Assembly (NCBI GenBank): GCA_036261885.1
Contig: DATAJY010000005.1
Location: 152,720 to 216,719 of the forward strand
Length of the DNA: 64,000 bases
From: Thermoanaerobaculia bacterium
GTDB lineage: Bacteria; Acidobacteriota; Thermoanaerobaculia; Gp7-AA8
Reading direction: 5' to 3'
Under the pieces are notes generated by a model. It was not told the origin of the DNA, did no database searches, and was given only the letters and a program-made list of their open reading frames with translations. The translations under genes and the position numbers were made by a program. How positions within the stretch are numbered: position 1 is the stretch's first letter; every line of letters begins with the position of its first letter. Of this stretch, positions 45,381-55,100 are shown piece by piece.

Positions 45381-45436
45381 GTGTGGCGCGCCCCTTGGGC
45401 GCGCCACACTTGCGGAACGCGCCACACTTGCGGAAG
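45381..45436 (+). terminator. 13-bp perfect GC hairpin followed by an 18-bp tandem direct repeat after the tyrosinase stop
   Basis: GTGTGGCGCGCCC-ctt-GGGCGCGCCACAC, then 'gcgccacacttgcggaa' twice. Confidence 0.45.
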
Positions 45437-45468
45437 AACGGGTGCAAGCCTTCCGTTGCATCGTTCGG

Positions 45469-45969
45469 ATGAACAAGCGCACCACGGTTCTCTCGATCGT
45501 CGCGGCCATCACCTGGTGTGCGTTCTCCGCCAGCGCCTGCGAGCCGCCGACCATTTCCGCCAGCGCGAAAGCGATCGTCATCGAGTCGGACGTCACACGC
45601 GCGCACCTGCCGATCGCGAAGAGCGCGCTCGACGCGAACACGGAGCTCGTCCTGCGCGACATTCATTTCGAGAACCATCCGGGAACGCAGTTTCACGTTC
45701 TTCTCGCGCGGCGCGATCAGCCCGCCCGACGCGTGCGCGTCGGAACGCTCAGCTTCTACCTGCAGTCGAATACGAAACAGACGACGACGCGCACGTTCGA
45801 TGTCACCGATGAGCTGCGCCAACTCGCACGCACGCCGGCCGATCTCGAACAGATCGACGTCGTCTTCGAGGCGACCTCCGGACGCGGCGGCGCGAACGCG
45901 CGCGCGCACTTCGACGCCGATGCGAAGCTGACGATCGGCGAGGTGCTGCTGCGGGTGAAGGCGAAGTAG
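45469..45969 (+). CDS. free-standing paralog of the tyrosinase C-terminal domain, secreted (166 aa)
   Basis: Signal peptide 'MNKRTTVLSIVAAITWCAFSASA'. 'ELVLRDIHFENHPGTQFHVLLARRDQPARRVRVGTLSFY...RTFDVTDELRQLARTPADLEQIDVVFEATSGRGGA...AKLTIGEVLLRVKAK' is ~60-65% identical to tyrosinase residues ~400-529. Confidence 0.6.
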   Translation: MNKRTTVLSIVAAITWCAFSASACEPPTISASAKAIVIESDVTRAHLPIAKSALDANTELVLRDIHFENHPGTQFHVLLARRDQPARRVRVGTLSFYLQSNTKQTTTRTFDVTDELRQLARTPADLEQIDVVFEATSGRGGANARAHFDADAKLTIGEVLLRVKAK

Positions 45970-46027
45970 GCAGGGGACGACACGCACGACGCGGCGAATC
46001 GCGCAGCGATCCGCCGCGTCGGAAGCC

Positions 46028-47350
46028 TCACTGCTTTTCGAGACGCTCCATTCGTGCGCGCAGATCGGTGATCGTCTTCTGCTGCTCCTGCACGATCTTC
46101 GTCAGCACGGCCACCACGTCCATCGGCGCGAGTCCGGTGCGATCGGGAGTCGCCACGAGCTCCGGCACATCCTCGGCGATGAAGCCGACGTGCGTGTCGC
46201 TCGGATTCGCCTTGTACGCGAACGTGACCGGCTGCAGCGACTGCAGCGCATCGAACGCGGCGCCGGATTCGAGCTGGTGAATGTCCTGTTTGACCTTGCG
46301 GCTCGATGCATCGACCCACACACCGGCGTCGAGCCGGGCGCCGCTGCTGTGATGGATCTGGTACGACGGTGCGGCAACGCCGAGGCCGATGCGGCCGGTG
46401 CTGTCGATGACGAGCGAGTAGTAGGGAGCCGAGGGAAGGATGATGAACGGGTTCTGCTCGTGATTCACGTCGCGCACGTAGAAGTTGTTGTTGTTGGCGA
46501 CGATGTCCCACGTCTGGAACGGCGAGGCGCTCTGCTCCATGCGGATGGTCGGGGAGAGCGGCACGCTGATGGTCAGGTCTTTCGCGGGAGTGGAGGTGCG
46601 CAGCCCGATGCGGCCGGTGCTGTCGACGTAGAGCGCGTTGTTCGGTGTGCCTCCTTCGATCAGGAACGGCACCGTCGCGGCGGTGAGATCTTCGACGAAC
46701 AACTTGTTCGCGCCGCCGCTGAACGTGTCGTTCGCGCTGAGCTGCCAGTCGGTGGTCGCGAAGCCGGCGCTCGCCGACGTGTCCTCGAACTTGAGACGGG
46801 TGTTGTTCTCCTTCATCTTGATCGACGCGAAGCCGTAGGACTCGGCGTTCGTGCAATCGGAGCCGGCGCAGACGCCGCCCGCGGCGGCGACATCATCGGC
46901 GAAGAACGTATCGGTCGATGCTTTGAGTGAAGGGCGTGCGGTCTCACGAGCCGTCATCGGAACAACGGCGCCGTTCAGCACGGTGAACGATCCGGTCTGC
47001 ACGAGCAACGCATCGGCGGTGACGTCTTCCGAGACGCGTGAGATTTCGCGCGTCGCGCGCGCCGCGGTACGCAACTCGTACGAGTAGAGACCGTCGCTGA
47101 GATTCTCCACGCGCAGCAGCGGAGTGCGGCCGGGAGCGAACGTCTCGGTGGTCACCTGTCCATCGGGACGCTGCAGGGAGAGCACCGTGGCCGCGTGGTC
47201 GCCGGTGGGCTGCCACTCGACGGTCGTGGCCGTCGTGACGAGATGACCGACCGGCTCGTGCATCGCTGGAGCGGCGAGAACGGAGAGGGGCAGGAGTGAC
47301 GCGATGAACAGGGTGAAAAGCGAGATCGAGAACCGGGAGCGAATGCGCAT
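46028..47350 (-). CDS. secreted tail-fibre-like protein with C-terminal peptidase S74 / intramolecular chaperone autoprocessing domain (440 aa)
   Basis: Signal peptide 'MRIRSRFSISLFTLFIASLLPLSVLAAPA'. Repeated 'YVDSTGRIGLRTSTP' and 'VIDSTGRIGLGVAAP'. C-terminus 'DASSRKVKQDIHQLESGAAFDALQSLQPVTFAYKANPSDTHVGFIAEDV...TDLRARMERLEKQ' resembles the endosialidase/tail-spike chaperone domain with its Ser-Lys dyad. Confidence 0.65.
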   Translation of the reverse strand: MRIRSRFSISLFTLFIASLLPLSVLAAPAMHEPVGHLVTTATTVEWQPTGDHAATVLSLQRPDGQVTTETFAPGRTPLLRVENLSDGLYSYELRTAARATREISRVSEDVTADALLVQTGSFTVLNGAVVPMTARETARPSLKASTDTFFADDVAAAGGVCAGSDCTNAESYGFASIKMKENNTRLKFEDTSASAGFATTDWQLSANDTFSGGANKLFVEDLTAATVPFLIEGGTPNNALYVDSTGRIGLRTSTPAKDLTISVPLSPTIRMEQSASPFQTWDIVANNNNFYVRDVNHEQNPFIILPSAPYYSLVIDSTGRIGLGVAAPSYQIHHSSGARLDAGVWVDASSRKVKQDIHQLESGAAFDALQSLQPVTFAYKANPSDTHVGFIAEDVPELVATPDRTGLAPMDVVAVLTKIVQEQQKTITDLRARMERLEKQ

Positions 47351-47479
47351 GTTGCCTCCATTGGTCGAAGGAAGAGAGAGGTGATGCTTGCAGGCACCGT
47401 CGGATGCCCGCCCAGGGAGGTTTGATATTCGCGAGGAGGCAATTGTAGGAGGTGCGTGAACGCGCGAGCGTGACGATGC

Positions 47480-50400
47480 TCACTCGGAGGCGTCGGCGGT
47501 TGCGCGTTGCCGCGTGCCGCCCGTGCTGCGGTTCGCGCGCTCGGCCATCTTGCGGAGATAGAGCTCGCAGCCGATGGAGTGGAAGATCGTGCGCGCGCGC
47601 TCGCGGCAGTCGGCGCGCTCGCGCGGATCGACTGCGTGGCGCGTCAGCTCATACAACGCGATTCCTTCTTCCATCAGCAGCCCGAGCCGTGCCGCGGTGG
47701 CGGCGGCTTTGCGCAGCAGACTCGTGCCGCGGCGTTCGCTGCCGTCGAGGCATTGCGCGACGCCGGCCAGCCGCAGCGTGCTCGGCGCGAGGATCGGCGC
47801 GCGCGCCGCGTAATGGCGAAGCTTTCGCAGCAGCGCGCTCACCGTGCGGCGCATCCGCGCGGCCTCCAGCGGATCGCGATAGCGCGCGCGCACCCACACT
47901 TCGAGATACACCTCCGCGGGACTCGAGAAGCCGCGCAGCATTTCGAAAAATGTGGGACGGTTCTTCGATGCGCTGGCGTACGCCGTGTCTGCCGCTTCGA
48001 CCGCGGCGTCGAGTTGATTGAGATGCAGCAGCGTCAGCGCGCGCAACGCGTCCATCACCACCATCGAGAGCGCGTCGTTGATCCCGACGAGACGGCGCGA
48101 GGCGTCGAGGAGATCGAGCGCCGTTTCGAGATCGCCCATGAAGATGAGCGCCCGCGCGCGGTCGATGTGTCCCCACGCCTCGTGCTGCTGATTGTTGCGC
48201 TTGCGCGCGAACTCGGCGAGGCGGGCGAACCGGTCGGCGGATGCAGAGAGTTTTCCGGTGTAGAACTCCCAATGACCGAGATGCGTTTCGAGTAATTCGA
48301 GCGCCTGCGGATCGCCGCAACGATGTGAAAGCAGCGTCGCCTCCTCCGCGGCGGCAGGCGCTTCTTTCCAGTCGCAGCGCGCGGTGTGGAAGTGGAGGCG
48401 GGCCTGCGCGACATTGGCCAGCACGAAGAGATCGTTCTCCGTTGCGGCGGTGTCGCGGGCGATCGTCAGGTAGCGGTTCGAGAGCCGGTGCAGCCCCATC
48501 ATTCCGCAGGCAAAGCCGAGAATGAAGTAGCCGAAGGCGTTGGCCGGCGTGCCGGTCAGACGCTCGCCGATGTTCACGCCGATCAGTGCGCTCGCCACCA
48601 TCGCCGTTTCGTTGGTGAGGTAATACGACAGCTCCGCGACGACCACCGCCGAATCGGAGAGCTCTTTCAGCACCAGCGTCTTCGTGCTGCGCGCGCGATA
48701 GAACGCGCGCGGCAGGAGGAGATGCATGGCCTGTCTCGTGATCTCGAGCAGCATGAGCGCCTGCCAGGCCCGAGTGCCGCGCGGTAGTTTCACGCCGAGC
48801 AATTCGAGGCTGGTGTTCAGGTGTTCGGCGGTGCTGTCGAGATCGCCGAGGCCGATTCCGGCCCGGCCGAGCAGACGATGCCAGCGCGCGTGGCGGATGC
48901 GCCGTGCGAGCACCGGCTCCGCATCGGCGTTCCGTTTGTCGAGCGAGATGGCGCGCCGCAGAAGATCTCTCGCGTCGCGGCATGCACCTCTCGTGATGGC
49001 GAGCTCTCCGGCCGTCGAGTAGTAGTGAATCGCTTTGCCGTGCTGGCCGGCCACATCCCAGTGATGCGCGAGCGCGGCCGCATTCGCGCGAAGCGAATCG
49101 TCGTCCGTGCAGGCGCTCTCGATCGCCTGCGCGGCGCGCGCGTGCAACGTGGCCAGCCGTTCCGGCGCGATGCGGTCGTAGGCCGCTTCGCGAAGCTTGT
49201 CGTGGGCGAAGCGAATCCCGCGATCGGCCGGATCCATCACGTACAGCTCGAGCAGCTCGGCGATGGCGCTCTGCGCATCGCAGGCGTTTTCCCCGCAGGT
49301 GGCGATCAGCAGCGCTTCGTCGACCTCGCGGCCGAGCACCGCCGCCGCTTCGACGACGCGGCCCGCGCTCGCGGAGATGGAGCCGAGTCGCCGGGCGACG
49401 AGATTGCGCAGGGTGCGCGGCAGTCCGAGATCGCTGAAGGAATGCGACCGCGCGCTCTGCACGTGCCAGTGACCCCCTTCGCGGTAGAGCAGTCGCTCGG
49501 CGACGGCGGCGCGCAGATATTCGGCGACGAAGAACGGATTGCCTTCGCACTGATTCGCGACGAAGCGAAGAAAACTCTCCGGTGCACCGGGCGCCGCGAG
49601 CATCGAGCGGACGATGTCGTGCACGCAGGTCTCGGCCAGTCGTTTGAGAGGCATCTTCACGACGTGCGGCCGCGCCAGCAGCGCGCGCAGATCGGGACCT
49701 GCTTCGTCGGCGCGATACGTGCCGAGCAGCATCAGCGGCGTGTTTGCGAAGAAGTCGGCGTCGAGCGTGGAGAGGAAACGCAGCGTCACCTCGTCGGCCC
49801 ACTGCAGGTCGTCGATGACCAGCACGTGCGGTCGTTCGCGCGCGAACGCATGCAGCGTTTCGGCGACGTCGGAGAAGAGCCGGCGGCAGGCGATCTCGGG
49901 AGGGATGCGCGGCGTTTCTTCGCTGCGCAATTCGACGAGCGCTTCGAAGGCGGGGTCGTGATCGCGAAGGACTGCCAGGCGCGGACCGAGAATCGACTCG
50001 ACGGCGCGAGGCGCATCGCCGCGGCAATGATCGGCGATGGCGCGGAACAGCGGCCGCAGGGGATGCAGTGCCTGTCCGCCGATCACATCGCCGCTCGTCG
50101 CGAGAGCCATGCATTCTCCGGCGATGACGCCGAAGCCGGCGAGTGTGGCCTCGCGTCCGAACACCGAGGCGACGGAGGTCTTTCCGATCCCGCTCTCTCC
50201 GCCGATGACGACGAACGCACCGCTGCGTTTGCGTCGATCGGGGAGACATGCGCGAAGCGCTTCGACGGTCTCCCGTCTGCCGACGATTTCAGGCCGATAC
50301 AGATACGTGGCCGGCTCGCTGCCGAAGTCGGCGTCGTACTGCGCGCCTGCATCGACGAGCAGCGCCGCGACGTCGTCGGCGTATCCGAGCCGGTCGGCGC

Positions 50401-51268
50401 GCCGCTTCTCGAGCAGATGCATGATGAGGTTGTCGAGCGCCGGCGGCACGTTTCGCACGACCTCGGACGGGCGCTGCGCGTTGCGCGTCAGATGCTGGAA
50501 CAGCACGTCGCCCGCGGAGGTGCCGTCGAACGGCGGCACGCCGGTGACGATCTCGTAGAGCATCACACCGAAGGAATAGAGATCGGAGCGCGCGTCGACG
50601 AGCTCGCCGCTGGCCTGTTCGGGCGATGCGTACAACGCGGTGCCGAGCATCTGTCCGGCGATCTCGAGCACCTCGCGGCCGCTGTGATCGTGATGGCGGC
50701 CGACCAGACCGAAGTCGACGAGCACCGGTCGATCGCCCGCGCGCACGAGCACGTTCTCCGGCTTGATGTCGCGATGAATGATGCCGTGCGCGTGAATGTG
50801 CGCGAGCACGCGCGCGAGCCGGTACATGAGCGTCAGCACACGCGGCAGATCGCTGCGCACTTCCGTGCGCGCATGCACGGAGGACGGCAGCACGCCCGAC
50901 ACCGGAATGAACGGATGCACCTGCTCGGTGACCGCGCGGTCGTACTCGGCGAGGCCGAGCAGCTCGCCGAGGGAGTGCGCCTCGAGCAGTTCCATGACGT
51001 ACCACGGCACACCCTTTTCGGTGCCCTCGTCGAGAATCCGCACGACGCCGGGATGCTGCAGCCGGCGCAGCGTCTGAATCTCGCGGCGGATGAATCCGAA
51101 CAGATCGGCCATCTCCGCCGACGCGATCTTGAGCGCCACCGCCGCGCCGTCGTAAAGACGCAGCGCGCGATACACGACTCCCATTCCGCCGCGCCCGATC
51201 TCGTACTCGATCTCGTACGGACCGATTGCACGCGGCGGGACCGGATCGCTGTGCGCAGCGACGCTCAT
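47480..51268 (-). CDS. STAND-type multidomain Ser/Thr protein kinase: Hanks kinase, then AAA+/P-loop NTPase, then TPR-like C-terminal region (1262 aa)
   Basis: 'GRGGMGVVYRA', 'AVALK' and 'HRDIKPENVLV' for the kinase. P-loop 'VVIGGESGIGKTSVAS'. Long helical repeat C-terminus. Confidence 0.75.
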   Translation of the reverse strand: MSVAAHSDPVPPRAIGPYEIEYEIGRGGMGVVYRALRLYDGAAVALKIASAEMADLFGFIRREIQTLRRLQHPGVVRILDEGTEKGVPWYVMELLEAHSLGELLGLAEYDRAVTEQVHPFIPVSGVLPSSVHARTEVRSDLPRVLTLMYRLARVLAHIHAHGIIHRDIKPENVLVRAGDRPVLVDFGLVGRHHDHSGREVLEIAGQMLGTALYASPEQASGELVDARSDLYSFGVMLYEIVTGVPPFDGTSAGDVLFQHLTRNAQRPSEVVRNVPPALDNLIMHLLEKRRADRLGYADDVAALLVDAGAQYDADFGSEPATYLYRPEIVGRRETVEALRACLPDRRKRSGAFVVIGGESGIGKTSVASVFGREATLAGFGVIAGECMALATSGDVIGGQALHPLRPLFRAIADHCRGDAPRAVESILGPRLAVLRDHDPAFEALVELRSEETPRIPPEIACRRLFSDVAETLHAFARERPHVLVIDDLQWADEVTLRFLSTLDADFFANTPLMLLGTYRADEAGPDLRALLARPHVVKMPLKRLAETCVHDIVRSMLAAPGAPESFLRFVANQCEGNPFFVAEYLRAAVAERLLYREGGHWHVQSARSHSFSDLGLPRTLRNLVARRLGSISASAGRVVEAAAVLGREVDEALLIATCGENACDAQSAIAELLELYVMDPADRGIRFAHDKLREAAYDRIAPERLATLHARAAQAIESACTDDDSLRANAAALAHHWDVAGQHGKAIHYYSTAGELAITRGACRDARDLLRRAISLDKRNADAEPVLARRIRHARWHRLLGRAGIGLGDLDSTAEHLNTSLELLGVKLPRGTRAWQALMLLEITRQAMHLLLPRAFYRARSTKTLVLKELSDSAVVVAELSYYLTNETAMVASALIGVNIGERLTGTPANAFGYFILGFACGMMGLHRLSNRYLTIARDTAATENDLFVLANVAQARLHFHTARCDWKEAPAAAEEATLLSHRCGDPQALELLETHLGHWEFYTGKLSASADRFARLAEFARKRNNQQHEAWGHIDRARALIFMGDLETALDLLDASRRLVGINDALSMVVMDALRALTLLHLNQLDAAVEAADTAYASASKNRPTFFEMLRGFSSPAEVYLEVWVRARYRDPLEAARMRRTVSALLRKLRHYAARAPILAPSTLRLAGVAQCLDGSERRGTSLLRKAAATAARLGLLMEEGIALYELTRHAVDPRERADCRERARTIFHSIGCELYLRKMAERANRSTGGTRQRATADASE

Positions 51269-51373
51269 GACGCCCGACCGGACCGGCGCTCTCTCACATG
51301 AGGGTGTGACGCGAACCGCGGTTTTGAGACCGCCGGTCGATTTCGTGCGAGCTCATCCATCGGCGCCGCATCC

Positions 51374-52120
51374 TCACGGATAGTTCGAATCGGAGCAGCC
51401 GGAACCGAACGTCTCGTCCAGCACAACGGAAGCCTTCGGAATCTGAGGAGCGGGAGGGAAGACCGCGGCGAGGATGTAGTGAAGCAGAAAGTGACTGCCC
51501 GTGTGCTCGGTCTCGATGGTCTCGTTCGGATCGCGATTGCTGATCGTGATCGTCGCCGGCACGAGCACGCGCAGCGGCGAGGAAACCGGCGGCACCACCG
51601 GATTCGTGGCCCCGGGCAACGGCTCGATGTGCAGTCGGATGTGCGTCGGCGTCGGCGGGCCGATCACTTCGACGGCATCCATCTCCAGTTGCGACGCCAC
51701 CGCGCCATCTTCATCGATGAACGACGAGAGCACTCCCTGATCGGTGTCGAAGAACGCACCGATGGCCGGCCACGATCCGTCGAACACATTCGTCGATGGA
51801 ACTCCCAGCGTGAGGATCGGATTCATCAGCTGCGTGAGGTTCGGAGTGAGATTGATGAAGTCCTGCGTCAGATCCAGTCCCGTTCCCGGCGTCTCGACGC
51901 GAATCCGAACGCCCTGCAGCGTGAAGGTCTGCGGGCCGTCGTGATCGACCGTCGAGGAGACGCTCATCGTGGCGATGTGAGGCGGGATCAGAATGTCGTT
52001 GATGATGTTGAGACCACTCGCGTTCACCAGCACGACGCGATGGTTCACGTCGAGTCGCGAGTTGGCCTCCCTGGAGAAATGCGTGCAGATGCCCTGGAAT
52101 TGAACGGTCACGTTTCCCAT
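51374..52120 (-). CDS. hypothetical protein (248 aa), co-transcribed downstream of the anti-sigma/CHAT gene
   Basis: ATG at 52120, 16 bp after the upstream stop. 'MGNVTVQFQGICTHFSREANSRLDVNHRVVLVNASGL...' carries no assignable motif. Confidence 0.5.
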   Translation of the reverse strand: MGNVTVQFQGICTHFSREANSRLDVNHRVVLVNASGLNIINDILIPPHIATMSVSSTVDHDGPQTFTLQGVRIRVETPGTGLDLTQDFINLTPNLTQLMNPILTLGVPSTNVFDGSWPAIGAFFDTDQGVLSSFIDEDGAVASQLEMDAVEVIGPPTPTHIRLHIEPLPGATNPVVPPVSSPLRVLVPATITISNRDPNETIETEHTGSHFLLHYILAAVFPPAPQIPKASVVLDETFGSGCSDSNYP

Positions 52121-52136
52121 CGGTGTTGCTCCTTTC

Positions 52137-55100
52137 TCACAGCCGGCGAATGCGCGTGGTGAGTACAGCGACGGACCTCCACGCCGTGCGATGCGGATCG
52201 CGCATCGATTCGAGTTGCGCGCGGCGCACCGCCTCGGCCGCGCCCGCTCCCGCGGCGAGATGGCGATGAACGGTCAGAAAGAACAGCCGGGCATCGCTGT
52301 CCGCCACCGGCGTGAGCGTCCCGATCACGTCTCCCGCTCCGGCGGCGAGAAATGCGCCGCCGAGGCTGAGTGCGCGCGTCGGGCCCGCATGCGGCGCGCG
52401 CAACGTGTCGCACGCCGCGAGCACGACTACCGGCGCGTGCCGGAGTGAGGCACCGGAAAGCCGCCGCCACGAAACGCGATCGCGTCGTTCGGCCGGCCCG
52501 AGCAACAGCACCGTCTCCGCGATCGCATCGTTCGCGCTGTGACCGGACAGATGAATGACGTCCGCATTCCGCGCGCGCTCGAGGAAAACCGGCAGCGTGC
52601 TTCGCTCGCCGGCGAGGTCCGCTCCGCTCGCGTACAGACGGCGGATCTCCGCCAGCTCTTCGACACTGCCCGGAAGACCGACGTCCTCCGACGCCAGCTC
52701 GACGCCGAGCATCGAGCGCGGTGTGCGGCGCTGCGTCTCCGCGCGCAACGCGCTCGCCGACGGAGCGACGGAGAGCGGCATCTGTTCGACGAACATCCGC
52801 CGCGTCACCGAGTCGGTGAGCGCCGCGAACGGAACGCGCGCCAGTCGCGGATCGGCGATGACGATGACTTCGTTTGCGCGCGCCAGCAGCGGCGCCGCGG
52901 GGCGAATGAGAAGGTCGTAGAGCGACGTCGATGCGTTTCGATCGCCCTGAACCGCGGCGTCGGCAAGCGCGGGCAACGTCTCTTCCGCGACCGGCTGCCT
53001 GTGCACCTCCATCCGATCGGACGTGATGCAGAACGCGATCACCTCGTGCGGCAACACCACCAGTTCGAGCAGCGCGTTTCCGCTGTCCGCGAGGCGTTCT
53101 TGAAGGGCGAGCCGCGTGGCGGGCGGCGTCGCAGGACCGATCTGCGCGAGCGAACGATCGGCATACGCGAATGCAGCATCGTGATCGCCGCGCGCGAGCG
53201 CGAGCTCGATGGCCTCGCGATACAGCGCCGAGCCGGCGTCGAGCACGCCGGTGCCGCTGACCGCGTCGCTGAAACGGACCGGCTGTCGTTCGTACGCGGC
53301 AATGCCGTCGTCGAGATCCCGTCGCGCGCCGATTCGATCTTCGACACGCAATCGCGCGCGCGCTCGCAGAAGATGACATTCGGCGATGAACGGCGCGGCT
53401 TCGAGCGTGCGATAGCCGTCGATCGCTTTGCCGAGGAACTCGGCGGCACGCCGCGGATCGTCCGCGAGCAGCGCTGCACCGGTGGCGAAGTCGACATCGG
53501 TGAGCGCTCTGGCGCGCAGCCCGGCATCGGAGATCTTCGCCGCCCTTTGTGCCGCCTCGCGTGCGGCAACGGCCGCGGCGCGAGGGTCACCGAGTTGCGC
53601 GTCGAGCACGGCCGCGCGCACGAGCGTGTTGGTGCTCATCACGTCGTTCGCGGTGCGGCTCTGTGCCGCGCGTTCGAGTTGCGCGAGCGAGCGCGCCACC
53701 GCGAGCTGGCCGTTGCGCAATTCCACCTGCACCGCTCCGCCGAGGCTCACCGGCAGGCGGTCGCCGCGTCCGCTCGTGCTCAACATCGTGAACGAGCGGA
53801 TGCGCGCGGCCCACGCGTCATCGGGGCGGCCGAGCGCGTTGAGCACGTCGGCCTGCAGCGTTTCGAGGAAGCCGCAGTTGCTCGATTCGCCGAGATCGCA
53901 GAACGCGCGCGCCGCATCGCGCACCAGCGGCAGCGCGCCGCTCCAGTCGTCGTCGTTCATCAGACAGAGCGCGAGCTCCCAGCGTACGTGCGCGGCGAGA
54001 GCGGGGAAGCGGCGTTCGTGCAGCAGCGCTTCGAGCTCCGTGCGCGCGCCGCGGATGTCGCCGCGATCGAAGCGCGTGTTCGCGGCGTAGTAACGCGCCA
54101 CGAGCGCCATCGGATCGTTTGCGAAGAGCTGGGCCGCGCGGCGCAACTCGCTCTCCGCTTCCGCGGGAGCTTGCCGGCTGTAGGCGATGCGTCCGCGTCG
54201 ATAGGCGACGTGCGCCTCGGCGATCTCGCGTCGTCGTTCGGGCGCGGCGTCATCGATCGCGCGTACGGCGTCGCGCAACAGCGACTCGCCGGAGATGCGC
54301 AGGAGCGCGTCGCCGATGGCGCGTGCAATCGTCAACTGCCGCGAAGCCTCGGCCGCATCGGCGTGCAACGCGGCCTCGCCCCAGAAGCCGAGGTACTCGC
54401 CTTCGCCGAACGCGCGACTCTGCTGGCGGAACTGCTGCACGATCGAGGAGATCGTGGCGACGTCGCCTGCCGCGACCGCGCGTTCGAGCCGCGGCCGTTC
54501 CGAGCGGAACTGCGATTCTCCGGTCGTCGCCGGAAGCCGCGCGAGATGCTGACGCGCTTCTTCCGCCCACTTCGACGACGCGTCGAGCTCGAGGTACTGC
54601 TGCCACGCCTCCCGAGCGGCCTGCAGGAGGCCGAGGCGCTCGAGGATCAGCGCGCGATTGAAGCGCGCCTCGGGGAGACGCGGATCGATGCGCAAGGCGG
54701 CGTCGACGTCCGCCAGTGCCATCGGAATGAGCGAGGGCGCGCGCCCGCGTTCCGCCGCCGCCAGTCGTGCCGCGGCAAGATCGCTGCGCACCTTCGCATC
54801 GTTCGGCGACGCTTCCGCCGCGGCGCGAAGTTTTTCCACCGCATCCTTTGGCCGCCCCGTCAACAGGAGCGCGAGACCGGCGCCCTGTTGTGCGGATGCG
54901 GATGGATCGTGCGCGGCCTGATCGAGAATCTCGCCCGCCGCGCCGACGAGCTTCATCTGTTCCGGATCGATGGCGCCCTCGGTCGCGCGCATCGGACCGC
55001 GGAACGGCGTCCAGGGAAAACCGCCGGTTACGCGCGGCTCGATGAGCCGCTCGGATCGCGGCGACAGCGACACGAGTCGTCGAATCGGATCGCGCTGCGA

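Noticed and set aside
51269-51373. Perfect 10-nt palindrome AACCGCGGTT in the gap between the kinase start and the upstream hypothetical gene.
   Set aside because: It is short, single-copy and GC-rich. Palindromes of this size occur by chance at this GC content, and it has no flanking promoter-like context.
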